This document shows, one piece after another, positions 1 to 15,018 of a stretch of DNA of 64,000 nt. Below the pieces are notes generated by a model. It was not told the DNA's origin. It made no database searches and saw nothing but the letters and a program-made list of their open reading frames with translations. The position numbers and the translations under genes are program-made. Source of the stretch: Blastocystis sp. Blastoise (Eukaryota; Protista; Bigyra: Opalinata); contig JBBPEB010000002.1 in the NCBI GenBank assembly GCA_039096225.1, positions 1 to 64,000 of the forward strand, read 5' to 3'. Every line of letters starts with the position of its first letter. Position 1 is the stretch's first letter.

Positions 1-132
1 ATATATGATGATATAAGATGAATATATATATGATAATATGATGATATTAGATGAATATATATATAGAATGAGTAATAAGAATGAATAAAAAGAATAATAA
101 GAATGCATATATATATATAATAAATAATAAGA

Positions 133-163
<31 letters not shown>

Positions 164-164
164 C

Positions 165-500
165 TTCACTTTTATGATTTTTATATTTTTTTAATATGAA
201 TCCTCTAATATTATTTCCTCTATAGTGAAGGTAGAATCCACAATCACTAAAAGGGCAGATAATGGTTATTTAAGTTTTATTTGATTTATTAATTTTATAT
301 GAATAGCCTTTATCTTTTAGTTTTGTACTTATATCTTTTATTAATTCTTGTTTTGTTTGATATATTGTTTTAATAAAGTATAAATTATTAATCTCGAATT
401 CTAGCATATCTTCTCGACTTGTAAATTCATCATAACACACTGATTCCATGTTTTCATTCTGAATACTATTTACATCATCAACATCATTAACCTGAATCAA
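165..500 (-). pseudogene. MULE/MuDR transposase N-terminal (WRKY-like DNA-binding) domain remnant
   Basis: Reading through the TAA at 270-272 gives IYQTKQELIKDISTKLKDKGYSYKINKSNKT*ITIICPFSDCGFYLHYRG, the MuDR N-terminal pattern (KxELxxA...GFxYKVxKSxKT...CxxxxCxxxLH). It has an in-frame stop, and a GT(AT)n intron-like stretch follows. Confidence 0.55.
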
Positions 501-2302
501 GTGAAAGTGAGTTTTAATAATGTTATAAATACATTATTTTGAGTCTCTATGTTTTCTAAATTATCACGTTATAAAAAAGAAACTTAAAAACTTAAATAAC
601 AAAAAATATTCTTAATATAAAAAATATATTTCTTCTTTTTATTTTAAATCATTTTTACACATCGTTTTCTTTAACAAAAGCGATAAATCAATAGATGACT
701 TATTCCAGCACACATTTCATTTGTAAAAAATTGTCTTCCTCAAATGGATTAGTAACAATTGTGAGCAAAATATTAAAAATAAGTTTTGTTTAACATTGAC
801 TCATCGAAGCAACTATAGTTTCACAATAAATAATTACTTATAACTTTTTCAAACTTAAAGTCATTCTTTGATTACACTTTTTTTTAACAATAAGAACCAG
901 TTATAAAGTTTTTCTAGATTTTTATTAAGCCAAAAGATGCTTTTGATTTAGAATAGCTATGCTGGCTGTTAATATAGTTCTGCCAAACACTAGCAGGCAC
1001 GGAAAAATTTGGTAATTTTTCTCCAGTCAAAAAGGTTAGTCTCCCATGGGGAAAACCAAAATTTTTTAGAAAATTCAAAAAATGCAAAAGGTTGACTGTT
1101 TTTCATTGACTTAGAGAAATTTTTGATAAAAGTTGAGTTTTTGATTTTTCATTTTGAGTCTATTTAGGCAACAGACAATGAATAATGACTTATTGTGGTG
1201 TATAAGGTATAAAATTACTAAAATTTATTAGTTTTGACCGAGTCTTCAGGATCAGTTAATTAGTGAGGTCAGAGTTGTTTGCTTTTTATTATGTGTATAT
1301 GTGTAGAGAGTAACTTGTAATGTAACCATGATCTCTATTATTCAAAATAAAAAGATAAGAGTCGTAATTCAGTCAACTTTCTCAATATTGGTTTCTAAAT
1401 GTTTTTATTGTTATATTATTGTTTACACAATCATTTCAAGTCTTTAAGACAATTCTATGAGTTTACACAACAATATTTGAGTCAAAATCAGAAAACTCTT
1501 TATTGTGTTATAAAATAAAAATTATCATGTAAATGAGTCATGTATGATATGTCTAAGTTATTTGAATAAGAAAAAGTTCAAATAAGTCAAAATATATATA
1601 ATTAAAAGTCAAAAGAAAAAATGAAAAAAATAATTCATAATTTTTGAAAAATGAAAGCATCTGTTTTACATCAAAAAAATTTCGATATCCATATTACAAT
1701 ATAAATAAACTCTGAAAAATAAAATAGAAATATATATTCAATTCATGATGATATATTATTTATAAAAAAGCATATAATGAAAACAGTATTGTTTGCTACA
1801 TTAAAATAAAAGCGAATTAAGTTTAATTATGCTTCTTCGAATAATATAATTTACGTTATTATCATTTCATGATAGAAAACACGTTTTATAATCCTAGAAA
1901 AGGACAAAAACACTGAAATAGAGTCATTAAGGTTTAGTAATTCTTTTGAATGAGAGGAGAAGTTAGTTATATCATTCCAAGGTTACAAAATTTGATCATC
2001 AATTAGTATATTAGTGCTATAAATACCGTATTACTACTCTTGGTCAATTCCGGTTTATCTTTAATCTGACGATGAAGTAAAGTTACATGGATTTCATTTA
2101 GAAACGTTGAGTATGACTCTAAAATAGAAATAATAGTTGTATATGTAAAATAATTAATTACACAATTACATTGGTCTTGAATTTCTCTTCAAAGAATAAG
2201 TTCTCTAATTACAAAAACTCTTTTACATGGGGAAAATAACAACTAAAGCAAGTTTTAACTTGAATACACAAAAAATACTAAAAATAAAATTTTTGATACA
2301 GA

Positions 2303-3180
2303 TAGAGTTGGGCGAAGTCCATCAAGTTTCACTTGTATCAAAATTTTCTTTTAAAAGTGACTTTTCTTGTATAATAGTATCAAAATACTTATTTTTTTAA
2401 ATTATATATATTTTTTGTATTCTATATACTTATGTTCACACTTCGAACAGGAGAGATTTTAAGTATATATGACAATTAGATGCAATTCACTTTATAAGTG
2501 ATTTATCTTATTTAATTGTAGAGTATGCCACTTTATAAATAGATTTTATGTTCTATTCAATATTAATAAGGCATTTATACAATTATATTTATTCATCATA
2601 TTCATTATATTTTGTAAATTTAATCTAAAATCTATCATTAAGAGTTATAAACTGTCTATTGTATACAAAAAAGCTGATATGATGACATTTAGAAAAGTTG
2701 ACATGAATAAAGATGAATCGATAGTTTATAAAATACAGATATTTTATATAAATAAGAATATAAATAAAGGGGCGTACATGACTAGATATTCTTATGGATA
2801 AAATAATGCAAAAAAATAATTGTTTGATTCAACTTTATTACAAAGTTGTAATTGATATATATTTATATAGACTATAGTGTCTAGAGTTGAATAGAAGAAC
2901 CAAATTCTAATTTTCATTTTACTAATTGTAATTATATTTTATACTCGTTCAATATTGCTTTATTTTTCAAAGTTGGTATAGCTATAGCATATACATTGAT
3001 TACCCCATGGTATCTTGACTCAACAATAGCTTGTACTGAAGATTGAAACCACACCAAAAAATGGTTTTTTTTTTCCCGTGAAAAAAAGTGAGAAAAACGA
3101 GCTACAAATTGGAGCTCCAACCCCAAAAATTGGACCTAGATGGACCTCCATACAAATGGACTTCCATTTGCCCAACTCTA
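2303..3180. mobile_element. Non-autonomous hAT-like DNA transposon (878 bp)
   Basis: TIRs TAGAGTTGGGC(2303)...GCCCAACTCTA(3180) extend to GAAGTCCAT with a 5-nt indel. Exact 8-bp TSD GATACAGA at 2295-2302 and 3181-3188. Subterminal TGGA(C/G)(C/T)TCCA repeats; no transposase ORF. Confidence 0.85.
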
Positions 3181-3846
3181 GATACAGAACATTTTTTTTT
3201 CTTTCTATATTATTTATATCCTTGAGTTTTTGCTTTTAAAACTGAAATGCTAGAGTACAACATCTCAAGAAACTTCTTAAAAGTTGCTTTGTTTAAAAAT
3301 TGAAGTGTATCTTCTAATCGGTGAAGTGTATTGGCTTTCTTGGTTTCGATAAAATACGTCTCTCAACTTGTGGATGATGAAAGTCGATGATTCTATTAAA
3401 ATTTGTTCTATTCTTTTATGGTTGACAACATGATTGGTCAATTTTTTTCATTGTTACTTATCCAGACGCTTCTGTATGCTTTATAAGTAATTCTACTTGC
3501 AAATTAGTTCTCTATTTTATGTTTTATAGTTTTCAGCTTCATTTTCTCTTTCACATTTCTACAATCAGTTTTGATTCAAATGAACAAACGTTATTGGTTT
3601 CTTCTAATTGTCAAAATTATTATTCACAGTTGTGTCAGCTTTGATTTCCTTATTTATGCCTGTATAAATTTATTTTTACTCTTTTTTATTTTTTTTTATT
3701 TATGCTTTTTTTTTATATATATAGTAACATTATTAAGTCCTTTATTACGATATTAAAAAAAATAGAAGACAGTCTATTTATTAGAGAAAAGTATATTAAA
3801 CGGATTTAAATATTCCTGTACAATCATCAAGGTATGTGATTGCTAT

Positions 3847-3985
<139 letters not shown>

Positions 3986-4336
3986 GGTTTAGACTGCTAT
4001 GATTCGTCAATTAATGCAAATATGACTACTGAAACAAGTGGTATATATATATATATATACATTTACAGTATTATTTTAATTCTTTTTAATTATTCTATAT
4101 GTTTAATATATATATATATATATAGATGATGAATTGAGTCTTTTCTTTGACCTCTATGATATATATAATAATCAATGTACTCATCACTTGCCTTCTTTAT
4201 ATACTATTATACGTGATTTAAATAGTAATTATACACGACAAGTCACTCTTTCCTTCGATTTCTATAAACAAAAATATGCATATACATTCACTCCAGAACA
4301 TACTACTAGGTATATATATATTATTATTATAGATAT

Positions 4337-4368
<32 letters not shown>

Positions 4369-4508
4369 TATAGCTATGAGATAACTCTATATAATCATAG
4401 GAAACTCGTTTTTACAACAATTATTCCTTACGTTACTTCATGTAAATATAAATATTATATATCAATTATATATTATATATAGATGATAAACCTGTTTCAT
4501 TTGATAAT

Positions 4509-4558
<50 letters not shown>

Positions 4559-5902
4559 TATATAGATATGAAATTCCTTGGAGAGGGAATGAATGGTGGA
4601 TTTATATATACACCACTAAATATATATATAACTATGAATACAAAGTATATATACTAATAATTATATATACATATTAATATATATAAATTTATATATAGAT
4701 GTCCTATGACAGTTGAGTATGAGTTTATAGGCAGTAATAATCAGAAGATAACCGCGGATATGTACATACTATATATATAAATTATATATATATATATTCG
4801 CTTGCTTATTTTATATATAGTAATTTCACTCTTAATAATATGATTTATACTTTTTTTATATATACATTTATATATATATATGTGCCTTCTACTTCTCCTT
4901 TCTTTTCTGAAATATCTTTATGTATGTATATAAGTGATAACCAATCAATTGTTGAGAAGCACATGAATACCACGCTCTATACTTTCGACGAATGTTCTTT
5001 TTCCAATAGAACATTCCAAGAATATATTACACATACAGGTATATATATATATCAGATTATATATATGATTATATACATGATTATATATATGATTATATAC
5101 ATGATTATATATATGATTATAAATATGATTATTTATAGGTAGTGCTAGTTTTTATTTACAGACATATATTCATTATATCAGATACACAAATTCCCAGGAT
5201 TATTTTTCAAATATTTCCCAAGAAGAAATTGATGAACGAATTAACCGCGGGGAAGCTACAAATATTTATTTAAAACGAACTGACCGATGTATTAATGTGA
5301 ATAATATTATTGTTTGTGTATATATAGTTATATATATAGTTATATATGTAGTTATATTTATGACTATTATATATATATAGAGTTCTCCTTCTGCTTCTTC
5401 CTCTCCATATATATATGCAGGTATATATATATAGATATATGTATATATATATAGGTGAAGGTCGATATGTTGTGAACATGCAACATTTGTCAACTCAAGA
5501 TTATTTTGTTTCTGTGTTCCTACAATCATCCAATATGAATGCTGTATTCATGATCAGTAGTCAATATCACGTGGTTAATAGAATGTCATTAGAGTTTTTA
5601 AGTGATTATGAATCTGTAGTTTATCTTATTGGTATATAATATATATATATTATTATTGTATATTAATTTATTTATTTATTTCTATTCATTATTCTATTAA
5701 TAATAATATAGATAAACCAATAACAATTCAGTTTCGAATTCGTACTCTGTACAGTAATCAGTATGTAACAGATGAAACGGCAGTTAACAAAAGTGTTCAT
5801 GCATCTGTGTTCCAAGCGCACGTGGTTCTCTATCCCTCTATTTATATTAATGAAGAAGAACAATTATTAGAAATCACGTTCACTCCTATATATAGACATG
5901 AT

Positions 5903-5953
<51 letters not shown>

Positions 5954-8900
5954 TCTCTGTTTACTCATTTTTTAAATATTATATTATATATATACTATAT
6001 TCTCTTTATATATATACTTATTCTTTGTATATATACCCTGTCTCTCTCTCTCATGCTTTATATATATATATATATATATATAGTTACTGATGAGAATGCG
6101 AATACAGTTGTACTTATATCTGTAGACTCTCTTGCTTATTATTTATATATACGAACTACCTCTATTGTACCCTCTATACAGTATATATAGTATTATTATT
6201 ATTAAATATTATTATATATTTCAATGCAAATTTGTAACTTATATATATAGAGTTGGTTTGTTCTTCTTTTATTTTTAAATAATCTTATTTCTTCAACTAG
6301 CTATGAAATCTTATCAACAGTTGTTTTTCAAGTTATATCTGGAGAGGTAGTAATGACACTGATTTCTTAAAGCTTGTTACATTCATTAATTCTTAATTGT
6401 TACTTTTATAAGTATTTGTAATAAGGTATATATATAATACTTATTATTGTCCATTTTAAAAAATTTATCAAATACTACTATATATATTTATATAGTTTAC
6501 TTGTATGTCTTATACTTATTACTTATATTCTACAAAGGCTTCTATTCCTACTGTATCTACTTCTACTGATACTATTACTACTACTTCCAACATTAAATTA
6601 TCTCCTATTATTTCTATTTCACTCTTAATTCCTTCTATTACCATAAATAGTAATATTCTAAATCCTCTTCTTCTTCTTACTACTACTACTTCTCCTTCTT
6701 TTCCTTCTTATTAAAAAACCATACCAGGAGAAGATAGTATAGACTCACGATCAAAAATGAATATTAATCAGACTATTATTAGTAATAATGATACTAATGA
6801 ATCTATTGATAATGAAAAAATCGTAGAAATTCTTTACATTATACAAATCCTTGTGTTGTTTCTCCTCGAACTCCAAAAAACCCACTATTCCATGTAGAAA
6901 ATGTTAAGAAAATAATTGAAAAATGCAATTACTTCTGATTCTATAAGATATTCAAGAAAACAATAGAAAATCAATTGCTGAAGTTTACGTATCTATTTGC
7001 TATTATTTAAATATAATAATAGCTATTGGATTTATTATAAGTTTTTTATGGTCAGTTGATATTCTTCTGGGAACTGAAATAATCATTATTATTATTATTA
7101 TTATTAATACCAATAAATAGGGTATTTATTTAGTATATAATGTACTCTTCTTAGTAGTAAGATTAGTATTTGGTATTACTATGGATGTATGTATAAAAAT
7201 ATATTATGCTTATTATAATTCTTATTGTGTTATTATTATTGTGTTTATAATAATAATAAGTATTATTATTATACTGATTATACTGTTTATTACTATTATT
7301 ATTATGATTATTATTAGATATATTATTATGCTTATTATTGTGTTTATAATAATAATTGTGATTAAACTGATTATACTTCTATAGGTAACTCCAACGGATG
7401 CCGAGAGATGGTTTGAAGCCTTTGGTTTATATGGTCATATTCATAAAGATGTTATTATTAGAGTTACTTTTACAGATAGTACTATTCTTATTGCTTGTAT
7501 TATTATGCTTATAAATGATATTATCTATATGATCACTTATTATGATTTCTATAATAATGAAGCTACGAAGAGAGAGTATATTATTATTATTTTTATTATC
7601 ACTATTATTATTATTATTATAAATATATAGATATCTAACATCTTTATATATTGATGAGAAAACTGAATATAACCGTAAATATCCTTCGCTTTCTACTAAG
7701 GAATTATCTTTATTACGAACTAATATACTTGCTCTTTATGTTCTTATCTATACTAAAGATAATGTTATCAAGTATATATATATAGTATTATATAATATTA
7801 TTAGTTTATTCTATCACATGTTATTTCCTCCTATTCTTCTATATAGACCTGAGTGTATAACGGATTTATATGCCTATTTAACTGCTAATAGTCCATCATC
7901 CTCTGCTCTTGTCGATATATTCTCCTATCTCACCTCTCTCTTAGACCAACCTGATATATCCTTATATATATTATATTTATATTATATTTATTACAGTATT
8001 ATATTTATTATATGTATTTTATTTATTATATATATATTCCTTCATTTCTATACTTCTGTTCTATGTATATATCCCGATCACCACTTCTTTCTATTGCGCT
8101 TTTTAACAACGAATCTCCCGCCGTTCGATGCGACTTATGGACTCATTTACAAAGATTATGTACCTTAGAAGACAATCCTAGTATATATTATATATATATA
8201 TTATATATATTATAATTTTTCATTTTTGTATGTACGTAGTTTTATAAGCATATATATATGTTCTATTATTTACATATATATCTTTCTTTAGAATGTCAAT
8301 CTATTGGTTCTCGTTATATATATACAATTCTGAATCGATCGATCTCTATTCCTCTTTCTATTCAAGAGTATATATATATATAGATTATCTCTCTATTTCA
8401 TTATCTCTCTATTTCATTATCTTTCTACATATATAGATATGATACTATTATTAATTTTGCCCTTTCTTCGAATGAAGAACATCGTGTACTATCAAATTCC
8501 CGTGGCTATTATTTTATATTTGGAAACAATTACTTATTTCCCCTTGTTCATTACGTTTGAAGCATCTTAGTTTAATTGCCTATATATATAATAATCATTA
8601 GTATTATAACTATTTATATATATAGCGCTTTTTACTGGTGATCATGCAGAAGAGAACTTTAAGTATATATCTATATATATATATATTAATATTACTATAT
8701 ATATAGGCAATTAAGTTCAATTCCCTGTTTCTATATCTATATATTTACATTATCTCATATTACATCTACTTCTTCGGAGTCTGATTCCCGCGGGAATGAG
8801 TCTGGAAATCATCGTACTTTATATGATTATAATAATATTATTATAAACAATCGAAATGATCTAGAGAAGAAGAAGGAAGCTATTGAATGCTTATTCGCTT

Positions 8901-9712
8901 TAAGTATATATATTTATATTTATTTATATTTTCTATTTATTCTTTATTTATTAAATTTTTTTTTATTCGCGTTATAAATATATATGCATCCTATTATGTG
9001 ATACACTTTTATATTTATTATACTATATATATATATCCTTCTTATTCTCTGTAGATACCGAAGAGTCTCAAGGATTATTAATTAAATACTTCAAAGACCC
9101 TCAAATAAATGAGGATATTCGCGATTATATATTGGATATTATGGCTATTAAGAATGCTGATGACGTTATGAGCATGCTTCTAGAGAAGTGTATTGTCATT
9201 CATGGGTATTATATATATAGATATATAGAATTAGACAAATTTGATCAAGTTCTTCTAGTATATATATATGATATATATTATCTTTATATATGTATTTATA
9301 GAATTACTATAGCTATTTGAATAATCATATATATTCTATTCCTTCATTAATGATCTATATACAACTTCTCAACCATCTCTGCAAGAACCTCAAAGAAGTA
9401 TATATATTTATTTATTATAAGAATATATATATAGAATCTTTCAAAAATGAAAATGTCACCTATAATTGCAAATAATATTAAATCTCTTACTCAATATATA
9501 TGCTATATATTTAAGAAGAATGATATTTTCAATGTTTCTATTTTCACTTCTCTGTCGGATATATATATATATATCACTTCTTATATTACTGCAAAAGATA
9601 ATTATAACACTGAATTTACTGTTCCTGAAGAGTATATATATAGTATTTTATTTTATTCTATATATATAGTAAATTCGTTGTTTCCTTAAAAACATCTATA
9701 CTTCATCCTTGT

Positions 9713-9787
<75 letters not shown>

Positions 9788-11135
9788 ATACTTATTATAG
9801 GTTCTCTCCATGATTATTTGACTCTTTGTCTCTGTAAAATGACATTTAACATGAAAAATAATATTCATAATGATACTGCTATTCTGGATACTATTATTTA
9901 TATTATTCAACGAATGGAAGTATATATATATATTATTATATATATTATCTTTAGTTAAGTGCATCTTCTACAACTAATAATGCCTCTACTCCCGCGGTTA
10001 TTCCTGTAATTGGTCGAAATGAAGGTGAACAACTATTTATCAGTTTCTTACTCTTCACTTTAAATGAATATAGAAATGTAAATATATATAATATTTATAA
10101 TGCTATTAAATAATATATATTTATAATACTATTAAATATCATTATATAGTTTTATTCTTCTAAGAATCATCAAATGGGTCCTTATATATATAAACATATG
10201 AATTCTTTACTTCGTAGTCCCGTGGGAAATGAGCAAGATATGAATACTTTAGTACATAGTGACACAATTATGAATAATATGAATATATATAATCAATATA
10301 CCGCTATTTATTTGGCGCGAATGGAAAAATATATTGATTTATATATAGAACACTTTGAAAAAGCAACCAAAAAGATTGAACAGGTATATAGTAATAATAA
10401 TAGTATTTATAATAATAATATTTATAATAATAATAACATATATATATAGACTATTACTTCAAGTACTCTTCCTACTCTTTCTCCTTCTACACAAACAAAT
10501 AATGATGTATATTTCCGTAGTAGAGAACAAGAAAAAGATAAATTATATATATATAAACTATTAGAATTATTAACTTATATATACTATACAAATATTCTTT
10601 ACAAACAAAATTCTTGGGAATATCGATCCTTATCTTCCCACGGGAATATCAACGGAACACATTTAATAGAAGATTTAAATTTTGGTGGTAAGAATTATGA
10701 GGATCATGCCCGCCGTGGGAAGTCTATAAAAGAGAAAGAGAAAGATGATTATATGAAGAAAATACAAGGACTATTAAATAAAGTACAATCGAAGAAACAA
10801 AATGAACTTGATGATGATCATGATGTATATATATATAATAATAATTATTTATAATATTTTTTTATTCTATTATATATATATATATAATTAATACTTTATC
10901 AATATAAACCACTATAGAAATTAATTTATATATTAATGTATATGATTATTATTATATATAGGCAGAAGATGATGAGTTAGAAGCCCTCCAGGAAGCTGTT
11001 CCCTCCATTTTATCGATTTATGAAGCTCGCTACAGAGAAGAAAATCAAGATTCTAATGACGTACCTCGATCCCCCGCTTCCCGCCCTCTTTCTGGCGGTT
11101 TAAAAGGTTTATTTGGAAAGAAGAAGAAGGAAGTA
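3986..11135 (+). CDS. Probable 5' exons of the BEACH-domain gene (many short exons; some appear frameshifted)
   Basis: Run of + strand exon-like segments bounded by GTATAT...ATATAG introns leading into the PH-BEACH exons. No domain recognised; stops/frameshifts around 6300-7000, so structure and 5' end are uncertain. Confidence 0.45.
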
Positions 11136-11306
11136 TAATTATATATAATGTTTATTATATTTTATTATATTTTATTATATTTTATTATATTTTATTCTAT
11201 TTTATTATATTTTATTCTATTTTATTCTATTTTATTCTATTTTATTATGTTTATGATTATATTTTATTATATAATTACTACTATATATACAATTATCTAT
11301 ATATAG

Positions 11307-13345
11307 GTTCTCTCTCCTGTTCCTACATCTCCTATAACTCATACTTATACATTTAGTGTTTCTTCTTTATCTTTTGATACTATCCTTCCTTCTCTTGATT
11401 CTCTACATTTCTATACACTTCAAGAATTCAGTAATCATATGCAAACGAATGGACAGGAAAAAGAACAGATTCCCATGGACTTAGAAGAGAATAATATTGT
11501 TTATTCTTCTCCTAGTAAATATATATATATGTCTTTTGAAGTTATTGGTACTATATATATTAATAAGAATCAACTTGAATTTGAAAGAACCTTAATTCGT
11601 CACTTAGGAAGGTATATATAATAAATTATAATAGTTATTATTATTCATTATATTTATCATTAATAATTTCTCTTTATATATAAATATATACATGATTATG
11701 ATCTTTATCTAGTCATTATTTAGTTATTATAAACTTATATATATATAGTTCATCCGAAAAGAAGTTACCATCCTATATGTCTTCTCTTTCTAAACAACTT
11801 CTTATTAAACAATCATTCTCTCTGGCTCTTGTTACTTATATATTTAGACGTAAATATCTTTATCAAGATATCGCTATTGAGTTTTACTTTGCTGATGGCT
11901 CTTCTATATATTTAGTTATGAATGATAATCAAGAACGAGAAGATTTCTATTATACAGTTAAGAAATATACTTCTGTCCGTCTATTCCGGTATATATATAA
12001 TAATAATTATTATTATTAGTCATATTTATTTATATGATTCTATTTATAAATATATACTAATAAGATGATTATTCTATTTCTCATATTATTGATTATTTAT
12101 CCTCAATTAAACATTATTATATCTTATTCTATATATATAGTTCTCCTATTAATAAACGTCTTTATCCTTCTTCCTCCCTCTTATCCTCTCTTCCTATTAC
12201 TCAGAAATGGGTCGATCGTCAAATTACTACTTATGATTATTTAATAGCATTGAATATATTTGCTGGGAGATCGTTTAATAATCTTGCTCAATATCCCGTA
12301 TTCCCGTGGATATTCAAAGATTATACAAGTGCTACCTTGGATCTTTCAAATCCTAATGTATATCGTGATCTTAGTAAGCCTATAGGTGCATTAAATCCCG
12401 ATCGTTTGGAGTCCTTTAAAGAACGTTATGAAGTAATGAAAGAGATGTATGCTAGTGATGACGGATCTAGTGTCAATAGTGTTCCATTCTTATATGGTAC
12501 TCACTATAGTAGTGCTGGATATACATTATTTTATTTGGTTCGAGAAGAACCTTATACTCTTCTTCATATATACCTACAAAGTGGAGTGTTTGATGAAGCA
12601 GAACGATTATTTACAAGTGTCGAAGGATGCTTCCAAAGTGCTATGAATAGTAATGGTATGTTTATATATATTAAGCTATACTACTTGTATTAATAGTTAT
12701 ATGTTATATATATTAAATTATTATTCAATATGATTTATCTTATACATTATTTTATACATACATATATATAGGAGATGTGAAGGAATTGACTCCAGAATGG
12801 TATTATCTTCCCTCCTTCCTGGTGAATCAAAATAAACTACCTCTAGGAACAAAACAAGTATATATATATTATTTATTTATTATATTAAATATATTATTCT
12901 TATTACTACTAATTATATATTCATTTTTTCTATTTATAATATTCTCCAATATATATATTATATATAGGATGGTATAGTGATTAATAACGTTATTCTCCCT
13001 CCTTGGGCATCATCCCCTGAACAATTCATCTACTTCCAGCGCGAAGGATTAGAATCTACTTATGCAGATATGCATATAGCTCAATGGATTGATCTTATAT
13101 TTGGGTATATATATATATTAAATCTATATATATATAATCTTCATTTTTTTCCTATAATATATATATATATATAGATATAAACAGAAAGGTGTTGCTGCTG
13201 AAGAATCTGATAATATATTCTTCTCTTTAACTTATGAAGATAATGTTAATGTTGATTCTCTAACGAATCCCTTAGATAAAGAAGCCGTATTAATACAAGT
13301 AGCAGAGTTTGGTCAATGTCCATCACAATTATTCACAACTCAACA

Positions 13346-13435
<90 letters not shown>

Positions 13436-14908
13436 TCTCTTTTTCTATTATTTATTCATATCTCTATATCTTTTCTTCATTTTTTTCATATAATAATAAT
13501 AATAATAATAATAAATATACATATGCTAAATATTATACTATTCTATAGCCTTCTCGAGTTGAGCTTCCTTTGGCGCCAACATCTCCCGCCACTGTGTCTA
13601 CTGTTTCTTTATTCTCTCCACTAAAAGAAGATGTAGTCTCTATATATATAAATAGTAAAACAAAACATTTATATGGAATTGATCGTTCAGGAAAGATTTG
13701 TGATTATATATATAAATATGATGGTATGAATGATATTAAATCCAATGTATATCTTGCTACCGAAGACAGAAAGAAAGCTATTCAAGAACATAAATTTGTT
13801 GTATATATATAATTAATATTAATGTTTTTATAATCAATATATATTTTTTTATTATTTATATATATATATTTATAATTATATAAATAACCATATATATAGA
13901 CTATGTATTCTGCTCCTCATTTTATTCCCGTTGATAATAAGCATACATATATACTCCAAACAGGTTATGTTGATAATAGTATGAGAATAACCGCGGTTAA
14001 TTCAATGTTCTCAAAAGATAATTCTGTGAAGGATATGATATTATATAATAATACAGATATTGTCACTTGTGCTTCTATTGATAGAGATATTGATTTCTGT
14101 ATATATATATATATTGACATATATATTATGTTCTAATTATTTTATTCTTAATGGATCATCTTATTCTCTTATATATAAATAACAATATATACATTTATTT
14201 ATCTTGTATATCTAGTGACTTCAAGTGAAGGTAGTGATATATATATGGTTGTAGGATCTAATGATTGTTCTCTTTCTCTATATATATACCCAGGTACTTA
14301 TACGGGTATACTCTCTTCTCTTTATAATATTAATAATTATACACCTTTACTTCAATCACCTTTATGTGTTAAATATATTGATTCCCCTGTTAATGGAGTA
14401 GATCTCTGCTGTAAATTGGATATATTAGCGGGAGTCGGTGATAATAGCAAGTTATACTTATATACAATAAAAGAAATGGAATTCTTACGAGAAATAGATA
14501 TTAACGATAGTAAGAAACAAATTGAAGAATTATTTGGTCATTCTATTAAATCATTATATATTCAAAAAGTTAAACTTGTAGAACGAGGTTATATTATATT
14601 ATATATTGAAGTTGTTTATAAACATAAACATAGACATGTATATATATATATTATTATTATATGTCTTCTTTCTTTATATATATATATATTATTTCTTTAT
14701 CAATATTTTATATATATATAAATCTATTATATGTTATATATATAGATACTTATGAATTATCATATAAACGGTAATTTCTTGAACGTTGTTCGATTGGAAG
14801 AAGATGAAGAGGATGTGATGACAGATCTATGCATCAATATGAAAGGTAATAAGATTATAACTGCGGATATGAGATGTATTGCCATACGAGATGTCTTTTC
14901 TTTACAAG

Positions 14909-14939
<31 letters not shown>

Positions 14940-15018
14940 CTTTTTAAATAATATATAACACTCCATTTATAAATATTTATTGAATTATATTATGTAGATA
15001 ATAAATTATGATGTCTAA
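11307..15018 (+). CDS. PH-BEACH-WD40 protein (neurobeachin/LRBA/LYST family), multi-exon 3' part
   Basis: BEACH signatures [80 protein letters not shown]. Upstream PH motif [15 protein letters not shown]; downstream WD40-like exons. Predicted last exon IINYDV* ends at 15018. Confidence 0.9.

Noticed and set aside
270-272. Stop-codon reassignment suggested by in-frame stops in host/TE remnants
   Set aside because: Conserved BEACH, transposase and viral ORFs read normally with the standard code; the stops are confined to degraded regions.
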